From positions 7,185-71,184 of the forward strand of contig CAIQAL010000001.1 in assembly GCA_903869825.1 (NCBI GenBank): a DNA stretch of 64,000 bases. Direction: 5' to 3'. The position numbers and the translations under genes were made by a program. The notes beneath the pieces are model-generated. The model did no database searches. It was not told where the DNA came from and was given only the letters and a program-made list of their open reading frames with translations. Of this stretch, positions 9,222 through 18,615 are shown piece after piece. This stretch comes from an uncultured bacterium. Its GTDB lineage: Bacteria; Patescibacteriota; Minisyncoccia; Phycocordibacterales; UBA9973. Each line of letters opens with the position of its first letter. Position 1 is the stretch's first letter.

Positions 9222-10694
9222 TTAAGGTCTTAGTTTTTTTTCTGGAATTGCTTCCAGGGTTGCTATCAAGTAAATCCAGAATTTATCTACTGAAGCGATG
9301 AGTACTTTTTCGTCTGGGGAGTGAGGGTAGCGTATGGTCGGGCCAAACGAAATCATATCCATGTTCGGATAAACTCCGCCAAGCAGACCGCATTCCAGCC
9401 CGGCATGAATGGCTTTAATCTCAGGAATTTTTCCATAGAGTTTCTGGTAAACGTCCTGCATGGTTTTTAGGATTGGAGAATCCATATTTGGTTTCCAGCC
9501 TGGATAAGTCCCATCCAGGTCAATTTCAGCGCCGGCAAGTTCAAATACGGCACGAACCATTTCTTCGAGTTCTTCCTTTGATGAATCCACTGAACTGCGC
9601 AACAGGCATTGGATCTTTATTTCACCGTTTCCGGATTTAACGCTCGATAAATTAGTGGAAGTTTCTACGAGGCCCGGCATTGCATCGCTCATACGGATTA
9701 CACCATTTGGACAGGCATAAATCGCATTGAAGAGCCTTTTCTGGGTGTCTTCATCAATTAATGAAGCAGGCAGCGCAACTGGCTCACAGATGAATTTCAG
9801 ATCAGTCTCTACGCCTGACAATTCGTGGAGAAAGGTCTGATAATATTTGGAAAGGCTTTTTGCAAAACGTTCTTCTTCTGAAGCAGGAATTGTAACGATT
9901 GCAAATGATTCCCGTGGAATTGCATTTCTGAGGCTTCCGCCGTCAATCCAGGAGAGACGGAGGTTATGTTCCATTGCGGAGTATTTCAGAAAGCGATTCA
10001 TCAGTTTGTTTGAATTGCCTCGTCCAAGAATAATTTCAAGTCCAGAATGCCCGCCTTTAAGCCCGGTGATAGCCAGTTTAAACGCTTTCTGACCAGCTGG
10101 GACCGGGGTTTCTTTATATGAAAAGCTGGCGTTTGCATTTGTGCCGCCGGCACAACCAACATAGAGTTCGCCTTCGTCTTCCGAATCAAGATTTAGCAAG
10201 ATTTCACTATTCAGGAGACCCGGTTTTAAACCAGATGCTCCAGTCATACCGGTTTCTTCATCGCAGGTGAATAATGCTTCGATAGGTCCGTGGATCAGGT
10301 ATCTACTTTCGAGCACTGTTATAATTACTGCAATCCCGATTCCGTTGTCGGCGCCAAGCGTAGTTCCGTTTGCTGTTACCCATTTACCGTCAATATAAGC
10401 TTCGATAGGGTCGGTATCAAAATCATGAACTTTATCGCTGTTTTTCTGAGGAACCATATCAAGATGCCCCTGGAGTACGACGCCCTTGCGGTTTTCCATA
10501 CCAGCAGTGGCAGGTTTGCGGATGATAATATTTCCTACTTCATCCACGATGGTTACCAGCCCAAGTTTATAGCCGAAATCGACAATAAACTGTTGAATTT
10601 TATTTTCATTTTTCGACGGACGCGGAACCTGCGTCAGACTGTAAAAGTTCTGCCAAATCTGCTTCGGCTCAAGGTTAAAAATCTCTTCTTTCAT
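9222..10694 (-). CDS. pepD: Xaa-His dipeptidase (aminoacyl-histidine dipeptidase, M20C)
   Basis: NIIIRKPATAGMENRKGVVLQGHLDMVPQKN is nearly identical to the PepD N-terminal signature; 490 aa. Confidence 0.8.
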   Translation of the reverse strand: MKEEIFNLEPKQIWQNFYSLTQVPRPSKNENKIQQFIVDFGYKLGLVTIVDEVGNIIIRKPATAGMENRKGVVLQGHLDMVPQKNSDKVHDFDTDPIEAYIDGKWVTANGTTLGADNGIGIAVIITVLESRYLIHGPIEALFTCDEETGMTGASGLKPGLLNSEILLNLDSEDEGELYVGCAGGTNANASFSYKETPVPAGQKAFKLAITGLKGGHSGLEIILGRGNSNKLMNRFLKYSAMEHNLRLSWIDGGSLRNAIPRESFAIVTIPASEEERFAKSLSKYYQTFLHELSGVETDLKFICEPVALPASLIDEDTQKRLFNAIYACPNGVIRMSDAMPGLVETSTNLSSVKSGNGEIKIQCLLRSSVDSSKEELEEMVRAVFELAGAEIDLDGTYPGWKPNMDSPILKTMQDVYQKLYGKIPEIKAIHAGLECGLLGGVYPNMDMISFGPTIRYPHSPDEKVLIASVDKFWIYLIATLEAIPEKKLRP

Positions 10695-10903
10695 AGTATA
10701 AATTTTTTAGAGGACCAACTGAATTGCTAATCCGCCTTAAATTCCAATAGAAGCTAAGGCAGACCAACAATTAGAAGACCAATAAAGTTTTTTCAAAATG
10801 CTCATTTGAATTTAAAGTAACACACATTGACTAGTATTGCAAGTTAAAAAAGTTCAGTTTTTACCAAATAAAGATATTTTTTCTTTTGTTTTTCTTTTAT
10901 TTT

Positions 10904-10912
10904 TGGTATAAT
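10904..10912 (+). promoter_or_regulatory. extended -10 element (TGgTATAAT) 7 nt upstream of the ATG at 10920; candidate leaderless transcript
   Basis: TGGTATAAT at 10904-10912, ATG at 10920, no SD between them. Confidence 0.3.
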
Positions 10913-10919
10913 AAAGAGA

Positions 10920-11546
10920 ATGATAATCACATATTTCGGAAAACAATTTTTCAAGATAACTCAAGGGGAAATGGCGATTGCTTTTAATCCTGTTAGTAAA
11001 AATTCAAAAACTGGCATTTCAGCCAAGTTTGGCGCCGATATTGGACTTGTTACCACTAACCATTATGACTACAACGGAATAGATCAAATTTCTCACGGAG
11101 ATAGAGTTCCGTTTATTATTTCCGGTCCTGGAGACTACGAAGTAAAAGAAATATTTGTGAAAGGAGCAATGTCTAAGGGAGAAATTGGCGGGAAAAAATA
11201 CATCAATACCATTTATCTTTTGACGGTGGACAATATTGATATAGTTTTTCTTGGAGCCTTGAATGATCCAGAGATAAGTAAAGAAGCACGGGAAGCAATT
11301 GAAGAGCCGGACATTTTATTTGTTCCGGTCAGTGGTAAAGGAACCCTGGAAGCAAAGCAAGCCGCAAAATTGGCTTCCTCGCTAGAACCAAAACTTATCA
11401 TCCCGATGGATTATGATTCAGCATCGCTCAAAGCTTTTTTGAAAGAAATTGGAGAAGAAAAAGCTGAGGTGGTGGATAAACTTACTTTAAAAAGAAAAGA
11501 CCTTGAAGGGAAAGAAGGAGAGGTCGTGGTTTTACAAGCAAATTAG
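10920..11546 (+). CDS. MBL-fold-like hydrolase (UPF0173-like), metal-binding His motif degenerate
   Basis: ITYFGKQFFKI...LVTTNHYDYNG resembles the N-terminus of UPF0173 MBL-fold proteins but lacks an intact HxHxDH. Confidence 0.4.
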   Translation: MIITYFGKQFFKITQGEMAIAFNPVSKNSKTGISAKFGADIGLVTTNHYDYNGIDQISHGDRVPFIISGPGDYEVKEIFVKGAMSKGEIGGKKYINTIYLLTVDNIDIVFLGALNDPEISKEAREAIEEPDILFVPVSGKGTLEAKQAAKLASSLEPKLIIPMDYDSASLKAFLKEIGEEKAEVVDKLTLKRKDLEGKEGEVVVLQAN

Positions 11547-11556
11547 TTCTAATTTT

Positions 11557-11817
11557 ATGAAAAAAGTAATCCATCATATAAGAAATATAAGAAGTAAGTC
11601 GGAAGAAGACAGAAGACATATTTTACATATCACGATAGTAATTGCTGGAATAATTATGGTACTTCTTTGGACATTTTCCTTGGGTAGAACTATTACTAAT
11701 CCAGACACAAAAACAAAAATAAAACAGGATTTGAAACCTTTTTCTGCTTTACAAAAAGATGTGGTCGGAAGTTTTAATGGTATAAACGGAAAGACTCCTT
11801 CAAGTTCTAACCAGTAA
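11557..11817 (+). CDS. small membrane protein, hypothetical
   Basis: Internal ATG at 11557 ([10 protein letters not shown]...) avoids overlap with the upstream gene. One TM helix ([16 protein letters not shown]); lies immediately upstream of gyrA. Confidence 0.3.
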   Translation: MKKVIHHIRNIRSKSEEDRRHILHITIVIAGIIMVLLWTFSLGRTITNPDTKTKIKQDLKPFSALQKDVVGSFNGINGKTPSSSNQ

Positions 11818-11818
11818 T

Positions 11819-14284
11819 ATGGCAAAAAAATCAACTTATGAAAGTGCGCCGGAGGCGCCACGAAAAGATGGAATTCTCCCAGTAGATATTGTGGGAGAAA
11901 TGAAAGAATCATATTTGGCATATGCAATGTCGGTTATTACTTCGCGTGCTCTGCCGGATGTTCGAGACGGACTGAAGCCGGTTCATCGTAGAATATTATT
12001 TGCGATGAATGAAATGGGGCTCACTTCAAGTGCTCGATTTCGAAAATCGGCGGCGGTAGTGGGAGATGTGCTTGGAAGATATCATCCTCACGGAGATGTG
12101 GCAGTTTACGAAACAATGGTGGGGATGGCACAAGAATTTTCTTATCGTTACCCATTCATTTTAGGCCAAGGAAACTTTGGTTCGATTGACGGAGACAGCG
12201 CCGCGGCGATGCGCTATACCGAAGCAAAGATGGCAAAGATTTCAAACGAGCTACTAAAAGATTTGGAAAAAGAAACGGTTGATTTTCGACCAAATTATGA
12301 TCAAACAAGGAAAGAGCCAATTGTTCTTCCCGCTTCTGTTCCAGCTCTTCTATTGAACGGAACTTTAGGAATTGCAGTCGGGATGGCAACAAACATTCCT
12401 CCGCATAATTTAGCGGAAGTGGTGGATGCCACAGTACATTTGATCGACAATGAAGAGGCTACGACCGAAGACTTGATGCAATTTGTAAAAGGTCCTGACT
12501 TTCCAATGGGAGGAATTGCCTATGGTTCTAAAGATATGATTCACGCTTATTCCTCGGGACGAGGGGGAGTGGTTTGTCGAGGAGAAGCCGAGATTATCGA
12601 AACAAAAGGAGGGAGTTTTCAGATTGTCATTACTTCAATCCCATTTCGGGTCAATAAATCAAATTTGATAATGTCGATTGCAGAATTAGTACAAGAAAAA
12701 AAGCTGGATGGAATAAAAGGTTTGCGAGATGAATCGACAAAAGATATCAGAATCGTGATTGATTTAAAAAACGGTTCTCATCCGGAAAAAGTTTTAAACT
12801 ATATTTATAAAAATACTCAACTTGAATCGAATTTTAATTTCAACATGGTAGCTTTGGTGGATGGAGTTCCTCAAACTCTTTCCTTGAAATCAATTCTTTC
12901 AGAATTTATCACTCACAGAAGAGAAGTGGTAAAAAGAAGATCTCAATATGATCTTCGAAAAGCGGAAGAGCGGGAACATATTTTACTTGGTCTCAAGAAA
13001 GCTTTGGATAAGATTGATCGGGTTATTTCGATAATCAGGAGTTCAAAAGATGCCGGAATCGCGAAAGTAAATTTGATGAAAGAATTTAAATTTTCGGATT
13101 TACAGGCCACGGCAATTCTTGAAATGAAGTTGCAAAAACTTGCCGGGCTCGAAAGAAAAGCAGTAGAAGACGAATTGGCGGAAAGGCAGAAATTCATCAA
13201 AGAAATAAAGGAGCTTTTGGCTAATCCAAAAAAAATGCTTAAGGTTGTTTCGGAGGAATTAAAAGAAATTCGTGAAAAATATTGCGATGAACGTCGAACA
13301 AAAATAGTGAAAGGAGGAGTAAAAGAAATCAATGATGAAGATTTGATTCCCGATGAGGAAACGATGCTTGTTTTCACTGCTGGTGGATATGTAAAACGAA
13401 CTGATCCGAGTGAGTATCGTGCTCAAAAAAGAGGCGGAGTCGGAGTAGTAGACCTTGAAACAAAAGAAGAAGATTTTGTTACGAAACTTGTTTCTGGTTC
13501 AACCCACAGCGATTTGCTGTTCTTTACAAATTTGGGAAAAGCTTATCAAATAAAAATGTATGACATTCCGGAAGGACGCAGAGCAACAAAAGGAAAATCA
13601 ATTATGAATTTCCTTTCACTCGCTAGTGAAGAAAAAGTTACTTCCATTTTGCCGATGTCGAAAGAAATGAAAAAAACTCCGATTTCTTTGATGCTTGTAA
13701 CAAAAAATGGCACCGCAAAGAAAATGTCAGGTGAGAGCTTCACTGATGTTCGCCGAAGTGGCATTATTTCGATTCGTCTGGATAAGGGTGACGAATTAGT
13801 GCAAGCTTTACTCACTGACAAGGGAGATGAAGTAATGGTCGCCACAAACGGGGGACAGTCAATCCGCTTTAAAGAAAGTGATATTCGGGAAATGGGCCGT
13901 ACCGCTGGAGGTGTGCGCGGAGTAAAGCTTGGAAAGACGGATGAAGTTATTGCTGTTGACGTAATTAAAAAAGAAAAAAAAGACGGATTTTTCCTGACGA
14001 TGAGCGCAAACGGTTTTGGCAAAAAGACAGCTTTAAAAGAATACAAAGTTCAAAAGAGAGGTGGTTCTGGAATTAAAACTGCGAAGGTGACTCCAAAAAC
14101 AGGAAAGTTAATTGTGGCAAAAGTCTTAACCGGTGAAGAAGAAGAATTAATTGCAATGTCAAAGAAAGGACAAGTCATCCGAACTGCTTTAAAAGATATT
14201 CCGTCGCTTGGCCGACAAACTCAAGGCGTTACTATTATGCGACTTCGTGCCGGCGATGGTATTGCTTCCTTAACTTGCGTATAA
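11819..14284 (+). CDS. gyrA: DNA gyrase subunit A
   Basis: [30 protein letters not shown] ... YHPHGD ... C-terminal beta-pinwheel repeats; 821 aa. Confidence 0.95.
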   Translation: MAKKSTYESAPEAPRKDGILPVDIVGEMKESYLAYAMSVITSRALPDVRDGLKPVHRRILFAMNEMGLTSSARFRKSAAVVGDVLGRYHPHGDVAVYETMVGMAQEFSYRYPFILGQGNFGSIDGDSAAAMRYTEAKMAKISNELLKDLEKETVDFRPNYDQTRKEPIVLPASVPALLLNGTLGIAVGMATNIPPHNLAEVVDATVHLIDNEEATTEDLMQFVKGPDFPMGGIAYGSKDMIHAYSSGRGGVVCRGEAEIIETKGGSFQIVITSIPFRVNKSNLIMSIAELVQEKKLDGIKGLRDESTKDIRIVIDLKNGSHPEKVLNYIYKNTQLESNFNFNMVALVDGVPQTLSLKSILSEFITHRREVVKRRSQYDLRKAEEREHILLGLKKALDKIDRVISIIRSSKDAGIAKVNLMKEFKFSDLQATAILEMKLQKLAGLERKAVEDELAERQKFIKEIKELLANPKKMLKVVSEELKEIREKYCDERRTKIVKGGVKEINDEDLIPDEETMLVFTAGGYVKRTDPSEYRAQKRGGVGVVDLETKEEDFVTKLVSGSTHSDLLFFTNLGKAYQIKMYDIPEGRRATKGKSIMNFLSLASEEKVTSILPMSKEMKKTPISLMLVTKNGTAKKMSGESFTDVRRSGIISIRLDKGDELVQALLTDKGDEVMVATNGGQSIRFKESDIREMGRTAGGVRGVKLGKTDEVIAVDVIKKEKKDGFFLTMSANGFGKKTALKEYKVQKRGGSGIKTAKVTPKTGKLIVAKVLTGEEEELIAMSKKGQVIRTALKDIPSLGRQTQGVTIMRLRAGDGIASLTCV

Positions 14285-14314
14285 CAACTGTGCACAAAAT
14301 GTTATAATTAAATT

Positions 14315-14857
14315 ATGTTTGCTGATCCAATAAAAAATTTAAAACAATTCGGACTTCGGGAAGATATGATTGTGGCAGATTTGGGGGCGGGCACCGGTTT
14401 TTATTCTGTCGCGGCCGCTAGAATGTTGCCAAAAGGAAAAGTATACGCGGTTGAAGTTATAAAGGATTACGTAACTACAATCAAAAATAAGGCAAAAGAA
14501 CTTCGATTAAATAATATCGAGTGTTTTTGGGGAGATATTGAAAAATTAGGAGGTACAAAATTAAAAAACGGTATTGTTGATGCCGTTATTTGTTCCAACA
14601 TTTTTTCTCAGATTTCTGACCACGATGGTTTAATCGCTGAAATAAAGAGGATAATAAAACCAACTGGTAAGATATTTTTTATTGAGTGGGTGGATGGGCC
14701 TTCTTTGGTTGGTCCCAAACAAGAAAAAATGTTTTCAAAAGAAAAAGTGGTTGGAATGTTTGAAAAAATAGGTTTCTCACTTGAAAGAGAGATAGATACC
14801 GGAAGCCATCATTATGGTATGATATTAATAAATAAAAAATATGAAAGGAAATTTTAA
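14315..14857 (+). CDS. class I SAM-dependent methyltransferase
   Basis: VADLGAGTGFYS motif I; 180 aa. Confidence 0.7.
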   Translation: MFADPIKNLKQFGLREDMIVADLGAGTGFYSVAAARMLPKGKVYAVEVIKDYVTTIKNKAKELRLNNIECFWGDIEKLGGTKLKNGIVDAVICSNIFSQISDHDGLIAEIKRIIKPTGKIFFIEWVDGPSLVGPKQEKMFSKEKVVGMFEKIGFSLEREIDTGSHHYGMILINKKYERKF

Positions 14858-16136
14858 GTTGATTTTAATAGTAGTTTTTATGGTGGCTGCTATTTTTGGC
14901 ATTTTGGTTTTTTCGGGATTGATTCCCCTCGGTAGCCAAAAAAACTCTGAAGGGTTACTTGGAACGGTTACTTTATGGGGGACCGAAAAAACAGTCAACC
15001 TGGCACAAGCATTAGAAAATTTTAATAAGGCGAATCCGACTTTTCTCGTAAAATATATAGAGAAAGATCCGGAAACCTTCGATAGTGATTTGCTTGAAGC
15101 ATTAGCGTCTGGCACAGGCCCGGATATGTTTTTAATTTCAAATAATTTAGCTTATAAATACAGTAATAAGATTTACACCATTCCGTACCAAAGTTATCCG
15201 CTTGCTTCGTTCAAAAACAATTTTGCCGGGGCAGGCGAAGTGTTTCTTACTTCAAAAGGAGTATTAGCTTTTCCGATTACAATAGATCCACTGGTTATGT
15301 ATTACAATCGTAGTATTTTGGATACCAATAATATTATCTATCCGCCCCAAACTTGGTCCGATTTCGATACATTGGTTCCAACCCTTACCAAGCTTGATGC
15401 CGGAAATAAAATCAAGACAAGTGCTGTTGCGATGGGACAGTTTGCAAATGTTTTAAACGCAAAAAGTATTTTAGCCACTCTTTTTATGCAAGTTGGAAAC
15501 CCAGTAATTGCCGAGAAAAATGGTATCTTCTCTTCTACTTTGGATGATAATACAAAGTCAGACTTAAGTTCGGTCCTAAAATTTTATACAAATTTTTCTG
15601 ATCCATTAAACAGTTTTTATACTTGGAATCGTTCACTTCAAAATTCTCAAGATGCTTTTAGTTCTGAAAACTTAGCTTTCTATTTTGGATATTCTAGCGA
15701 ACTCCCGTCTTTAGTTCAAAAGAATCCGAACGAAAATTTTGCGGTTGCTCCAATGCCCCAAGTAAAGAATTCGAATTATAAGACTACCGAAGCTGAAGTG
15801 ACCGGTATTGCGATTTCTTCTTTTTCAAAGAATTTTAACACTGCCTTTCTTGCAGCGAGCTTGATGGCAACGACTGACTTTGCGAAAAATTATATTAAAG
15901 CGGCCTCTCTTGTGCCAGCCAGAAGGGACCTTCTTTCCCAAAAGCAAACAGACGATTTTTACCCGGTATTTTATTCTTCTGCTTTATATGCCCGAAGTTG
16001 GATTGACCCGTTGGAAAGTGATACCAATGACATTTTTAGAAATATGGTGGAAGGGGTTCTTTCAAACAACATGACTCCCAGTGAAGCGATAAAGGATTCA
16101 AGTGCCAAACTTGATTTATTATTAATAAAAAAATAA
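14841..16136 (+). CDS. extracellular solute-binding protein (ABC-type SBP family 1-like), orphan
   Basis: N-terminal TM anchor, then LWGTEKT...FNKANP...GTGPDMFLISN, which is SBP_bac_1-like. No permease or ATPase genes are adjacent. Confidence 0.5.
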   Translation: MKGNFKLILIVVFMVAAIFGILVFSGLIPLGSQKNSEGLLGTVTLWGTEKTVNLAQALENFNKANPTFLVKYIEKDPETFDSDLLEALASGTGPDMFLISNNLAYKYSNKIYTIPYQSYPLASFKNNFAGAGEVFLTSKGVLAFPITIDPLVMYYNRSILDTNNIIYPPQTWSDFDTLVPTLTKLDAGNKIKTSAVAMGQFANVLNAKSILATLFMQVGNPVIAEKNGIFSSTLDDNTKSDLSSVLKFYTNFSDPLNSFYTWNRSLQNSQDAFSSENLAFYFGYSSELPSLVQKNPNENFAVAPMPQVKNSNYKTTEAEVTGIAISSFSKNFNTAFLAASLMATTDFAKNYIKAASLVPARRDLLSQKQTDDFYPVFYSSALYARSWIDPLESDTNDIFRNMVEGVLSNNMTPSEAIKDSSAKLDLLLIKK

Positions 16137-16550
16137 ATGAAAAAAAAATTTAGCGTATTATTAATTATTTTTCTTTTCAGTTTTATAGCTATGCCAGCTA
16201 TGTCCTTTGCGGAAGATACTCCACCAGATCTTTCTACCTCCGGGAACGGATTAACGGCCCCTTGCCCGACTGCCGGTTGTGGCTTCAATGACTTATTTGT
16301 ATTGGTAAAAAAAGTCATAAATTTTATTCTTTTTGCTTTAGCAGTTCCGATTGCCGCTATTATGTTTGCTTATGCCGGTTTTGAGTTGGTCACTTCCGGT
16401 GGCGAGTCTTCCAAAAGAACTAAGGCAAAAGAAATTTTTACGAACGTGGCCTTGGGACTTATTTTTGCGGCGGCTGCTTGGCTTATTGTACATACTTTAT
16501 TAACAATATTAGGATATCAGTCGACTTGGAGTACTTGGTTTGGCTTATAA
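16137..16550 (+). CDS. VirB2/TrbC-like pilin-family small membrane protein, paralog P1
   Basis: Sec signal peptide (MPAMSFA), Cys pair (CPTAGC), then two hydrophobic helices split by a short polar loop (TSGGESSKRTKAKE); 137 aa. Confidence 0.5.
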   Translation: MKKKFSVLLIIFLFSFIAMPAMSFAEDTPPDLSTSGNGLTAPCPTAGCGFNDLFVLVKKVINFILFALAVPIAAIMFAYAGFELVTSGGESSKRTKAKEIFTNVALGLIFAAAAWLIVHTLLTILGYQSTWSTWFGL

Positions 16551-16570
16551 AGTAAGGTATAATTATCATT

Positions 16571-16924
16571 ATGAAACATAATCGCAAGCTAGATTTATTA
16601 ACCATGTTCCTTGCATTTTTTGTATTGTTGGGTCCAATTGCTGTTCTCGCAGCGACATCAACGCCTACTATCGATAATCCAATTGGCCCGGCAACAGTAA
16701 ATGAATTCATTAAAACAATTTTAGAGGGAGTAATAAGAATAGGCATTCCGATTATAGCTTTAGCATTAGTCTACTGTGGTTTTTTGTTTGTCTCAGCCCG
16801 AGGCAATACCGAAAAGATAAATACAGCTAAGGATTCTTTAATTTATACATTAGTCGGGGCAGCGATACTCCTTGGGTCATGGGCAATCGCTCAGCTTATT
16901 TCTAATACGGTATTAAAATTATAA
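16571..16924 (+). CDS. VirB2/TrbC-like pilin-family small membrane protein, paralog P2
   Basis: Signal peptide (IAVLAATS), helix - SARGNTEKINTAKD loop - helix; 117 aa. Confidence 0.45.
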   Translation: MKHNRKLDLLTMFLAFFVLLGPIAVLAATSTPTIDNPIGPATVNEFIKTILEGVIRIGIPIIALALVYCGFLFVSARGNTEKINTAKDSLIYTLVGAAILLGSWAIAQLISNTVLKL

Positions 16925-16933
16925 ATATATTTT

Positions 16934-17683
16934 ATGAAAAATAAAAAGTTTGTGAAGATTAGTTTAATGATTTTTGTTTTAGCCATTCTGTTATTTTCTC
17001 CAGTATCGTCCTTTGCAGCAGCCCCTACTGGGCAAATAGTTTGTCGCGATGCTGTTACGAACATTAAAGACTTAATTTGCCGAGTTGGAGAAATATTAAA
17101 CTATATTATTCCATTTTTATTACTCCTTGGAGTCGTTTATTTTGTTTGGGGAGTAGTGCAATATGTGATTAAAGACGAAGAAGAAGCGAAAAAGAAAGGA
17201 CGAGATAAAATAATCTATGGCTTGATTGGGATCGTAGTTATTATTTCTATGTGGGGAATAGTAACTTTGATTATTAATACTTTTGGTATAAGTACAGCGG
17301 AACTCGCTCAAATTACTCCCGGAACAACTTTTTCTCAAACCAGCAATAATTATACTCAAGTTTCAAATATTTGCGCTACCAACTACAAATCTCTTTCAGA
17401 ACCGTTGTTAGGAGATTTGATAAATTATGTAACTTGTACCATCAGTAAATCTATTGTACCACTTCTCTTTACCCTGGCTACACTCTTGTTTGTTTGGGGA
17501 GTAGTTCAATATGTTATAAACGCTGATTCGGAAGAAAAACGAACCAAAGGAAGGGATTTTATGATTTGGGGAATTGTTGCACTTGCCGTAATGGCAGGGA
17601 TGTGGGGGTTAGTAAACATTTTTGGAACTACTTTTAACATCGGGAATGGTACCCAGTATGTCCCTCAGGTAAAAAGTAATTAG
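16934..17683 (+). CDS. VirB2/TrbC-like pilin-family protein, paralog P3 (internal tandem duplication: two pilin-like units)
   Basis: Signal peptide. Unit 1 is C..C + LLLLGVVYFVWGVVQYVIKDEEEAKKKGRDKIIYGLIGIVVIISMWGIV. Unit 2 is C.C + LLFTLATLLFVWGVVQYVINADSEEKRTKGRDFMIWGIVALAVMAGMWGLV. Confidence 0.5.
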   Translation: MKNKKFVKISLMIFVLAILLFSPVSSFAAAPTGQIVCRDAVTNIKDLICRVGEILNYIIPFLLLLGVVYFVWGVVQYVIKDEEEAKKKGRDKIIYGLIGIVVIISMWGIVTLIINTFGISTAELAQITPGTTFSQTSNNYTQVSNICATNYKSLSEPLLGDLINYVTCTISKSIVPLLFTLATLLFVWGVVQYVINADSEEKRTKGRDFMIWGIVALAVMAGMWGLVNIFGTTFNIGNGTQYVPQVKSN

Positions 17684-17811
17684 TTTTTTATTAATTGGTT
17701 ATCTGTTATAATTAGGTTAGCCTAAGAAAGGAGAATATTATTAGTAAGGTCGCATTATTATTATTTCAGCCACGAGCTGATCCGCATTAAGCGGAAGGAA
17801 AGTAAAATATT

Positions 17812-18192
17812 ATGAAAAAGAGATTAATTGTTTTGTCGAGTGTGTTGTCTTTAGTACCATTTTTGGCACTAGCCCAAAATGCCGGACTTTGTACCTACCA
17901 AACCGGGATCCAAGCGGTTATTTGTAAAATTGGAGAAATTTTAAATACGATAATTCCAATTTTGATTGTTTTGGGTGTTGTTTACTTCGTATGGGGAGTC
18001 ATCACCTATATGATTGGAGCAGACGAAGAAGCAAAAAAGAAAGGACGAGATAAGATTATTTACGGAATCATTGGTCTTGTTGTAATCGTTGGGATGTGGG
18101 GATTGGTAAAGATTGTTACTAGTACTTTTCAATTGAATAACTCAACTGGAGGGATTGTAACTCCTTGTGTTCCAGGAACTCCAGGCTGTTAA
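17812..18192 (+). CDS. VirB2/TrbC-like pilin-family small membrane protein, paralog P4
   Basis: Signal peptide (FLALAQN), CTYQTGIQAVIC Cys pair, LIVLGVVYFVWGVITYMIGADEEAKKKGRDKIIYGIIGLVVIVGMWGLV. Strong SD GGAAGGAAAG upstream. Confidence 0.5.
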   Translation: MKKRLIVLSSVLSLVPFLALAQNAGLCTYQTGIQAVICKIGEILNTIIPILIVLGVVYFVWGVITYMIGADEEAKKKGRDKIIYGIIGLVVIVGMWGLVKIVTSTFQLNNSTGGIVTPCVPGTPGC

Positions 18193-18201
18193 AGATAATT
18201 T

Positions 18202-18552
18202 ATGAACTTTCTTTTTACAAACATAGCATATGCAAGTGGTGAATCAGTAGGGGAGTTCATGGATAAGGTTGATACATTTATTATCAATCCTCTGATTTTG
18301 TTACTGTTTGCTTTAGCGGTTGTGTATTTCCTTTATGGAATAGTTGAATTTATTTCAAATGCACAGAATGAAGAAAAAAAAACTGCCGGCAAAAGTCATA
18401 TGATTTGGGGAATTGTTGGAATAGGAATAATGATGGCAGTATTTACTTTGATGCACATTGTTCTAAATACTTTAAACATCAAAGGTGTCGATCCTGAGAA
18501 TGGAAAAGTACAACTTGATGATTACAATCCGCCATCTTCGTATACTCAGTAA
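18202..18552 (+). CDS. VirB2/TrbC-like pilin-family small membrane protein, paralog P5
   Basis: Short N-terminal leader (MNFLFTNIAYA), LLLFALAVVYFLYGIVEFISNAQNEEKKTAGKSHMIWGIVGIGIMMAVFTLM. Confidence 0.45.
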   Translation: MNFLFTNIAYASGESVGEFMDKVDTFIINPLILLLFALAVVYFLYGIVEFISNAQNEEKKTAGKSHMIWGIVGIGIMMAVFTLMHIVLNTLNIKGVDPENGKVQLDDYNPPSSYTQ

Positions 18553-18570
18553 AAAAGAAAACGTTAAAAT

Positions 18571-18608
18571 AAAAAAGCGACCAGAGTGTAGGTCGCTTTT
18601 TTATTTTA
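18571..18608. terminator. bidirectional rho-independent terminator between pilin array (+) and IPT/TIG gene (-)
   Basis: AAAAAAGCGACCAGAGTGTAGGTCGCTTTTTTATTTT: GCGACC/GGTCGC stem, A-run and T-run. Confidence 0.55.
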
Positions 18609-18615
18609 TTTGTTG

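Noticed and set aside
12156-14046. Antisense ORFs inside gyrA (12156..12392, 12943..13377, 13546..14046), plus similar ones inside clpB, infB, dnaK, pepD and rpsA
   Set aside because: They are fully embedded antisense to strongly supported conserved genes, with low-complexity translations and no homolog signatures.
16137-18552. Interpreting the five small secreted hairpin proteins as class II bacteriocins or holins
   Set aside because: They carry Sec-type signal peptides rather than double-glycine leaders, have no adjacent ABC exporter or immunity gene and no lysis-gene context. The signal peptide plus helix-charged-loop-helix topology fits VirB2/TrbC pilins better. This still needs HMM confirmation.
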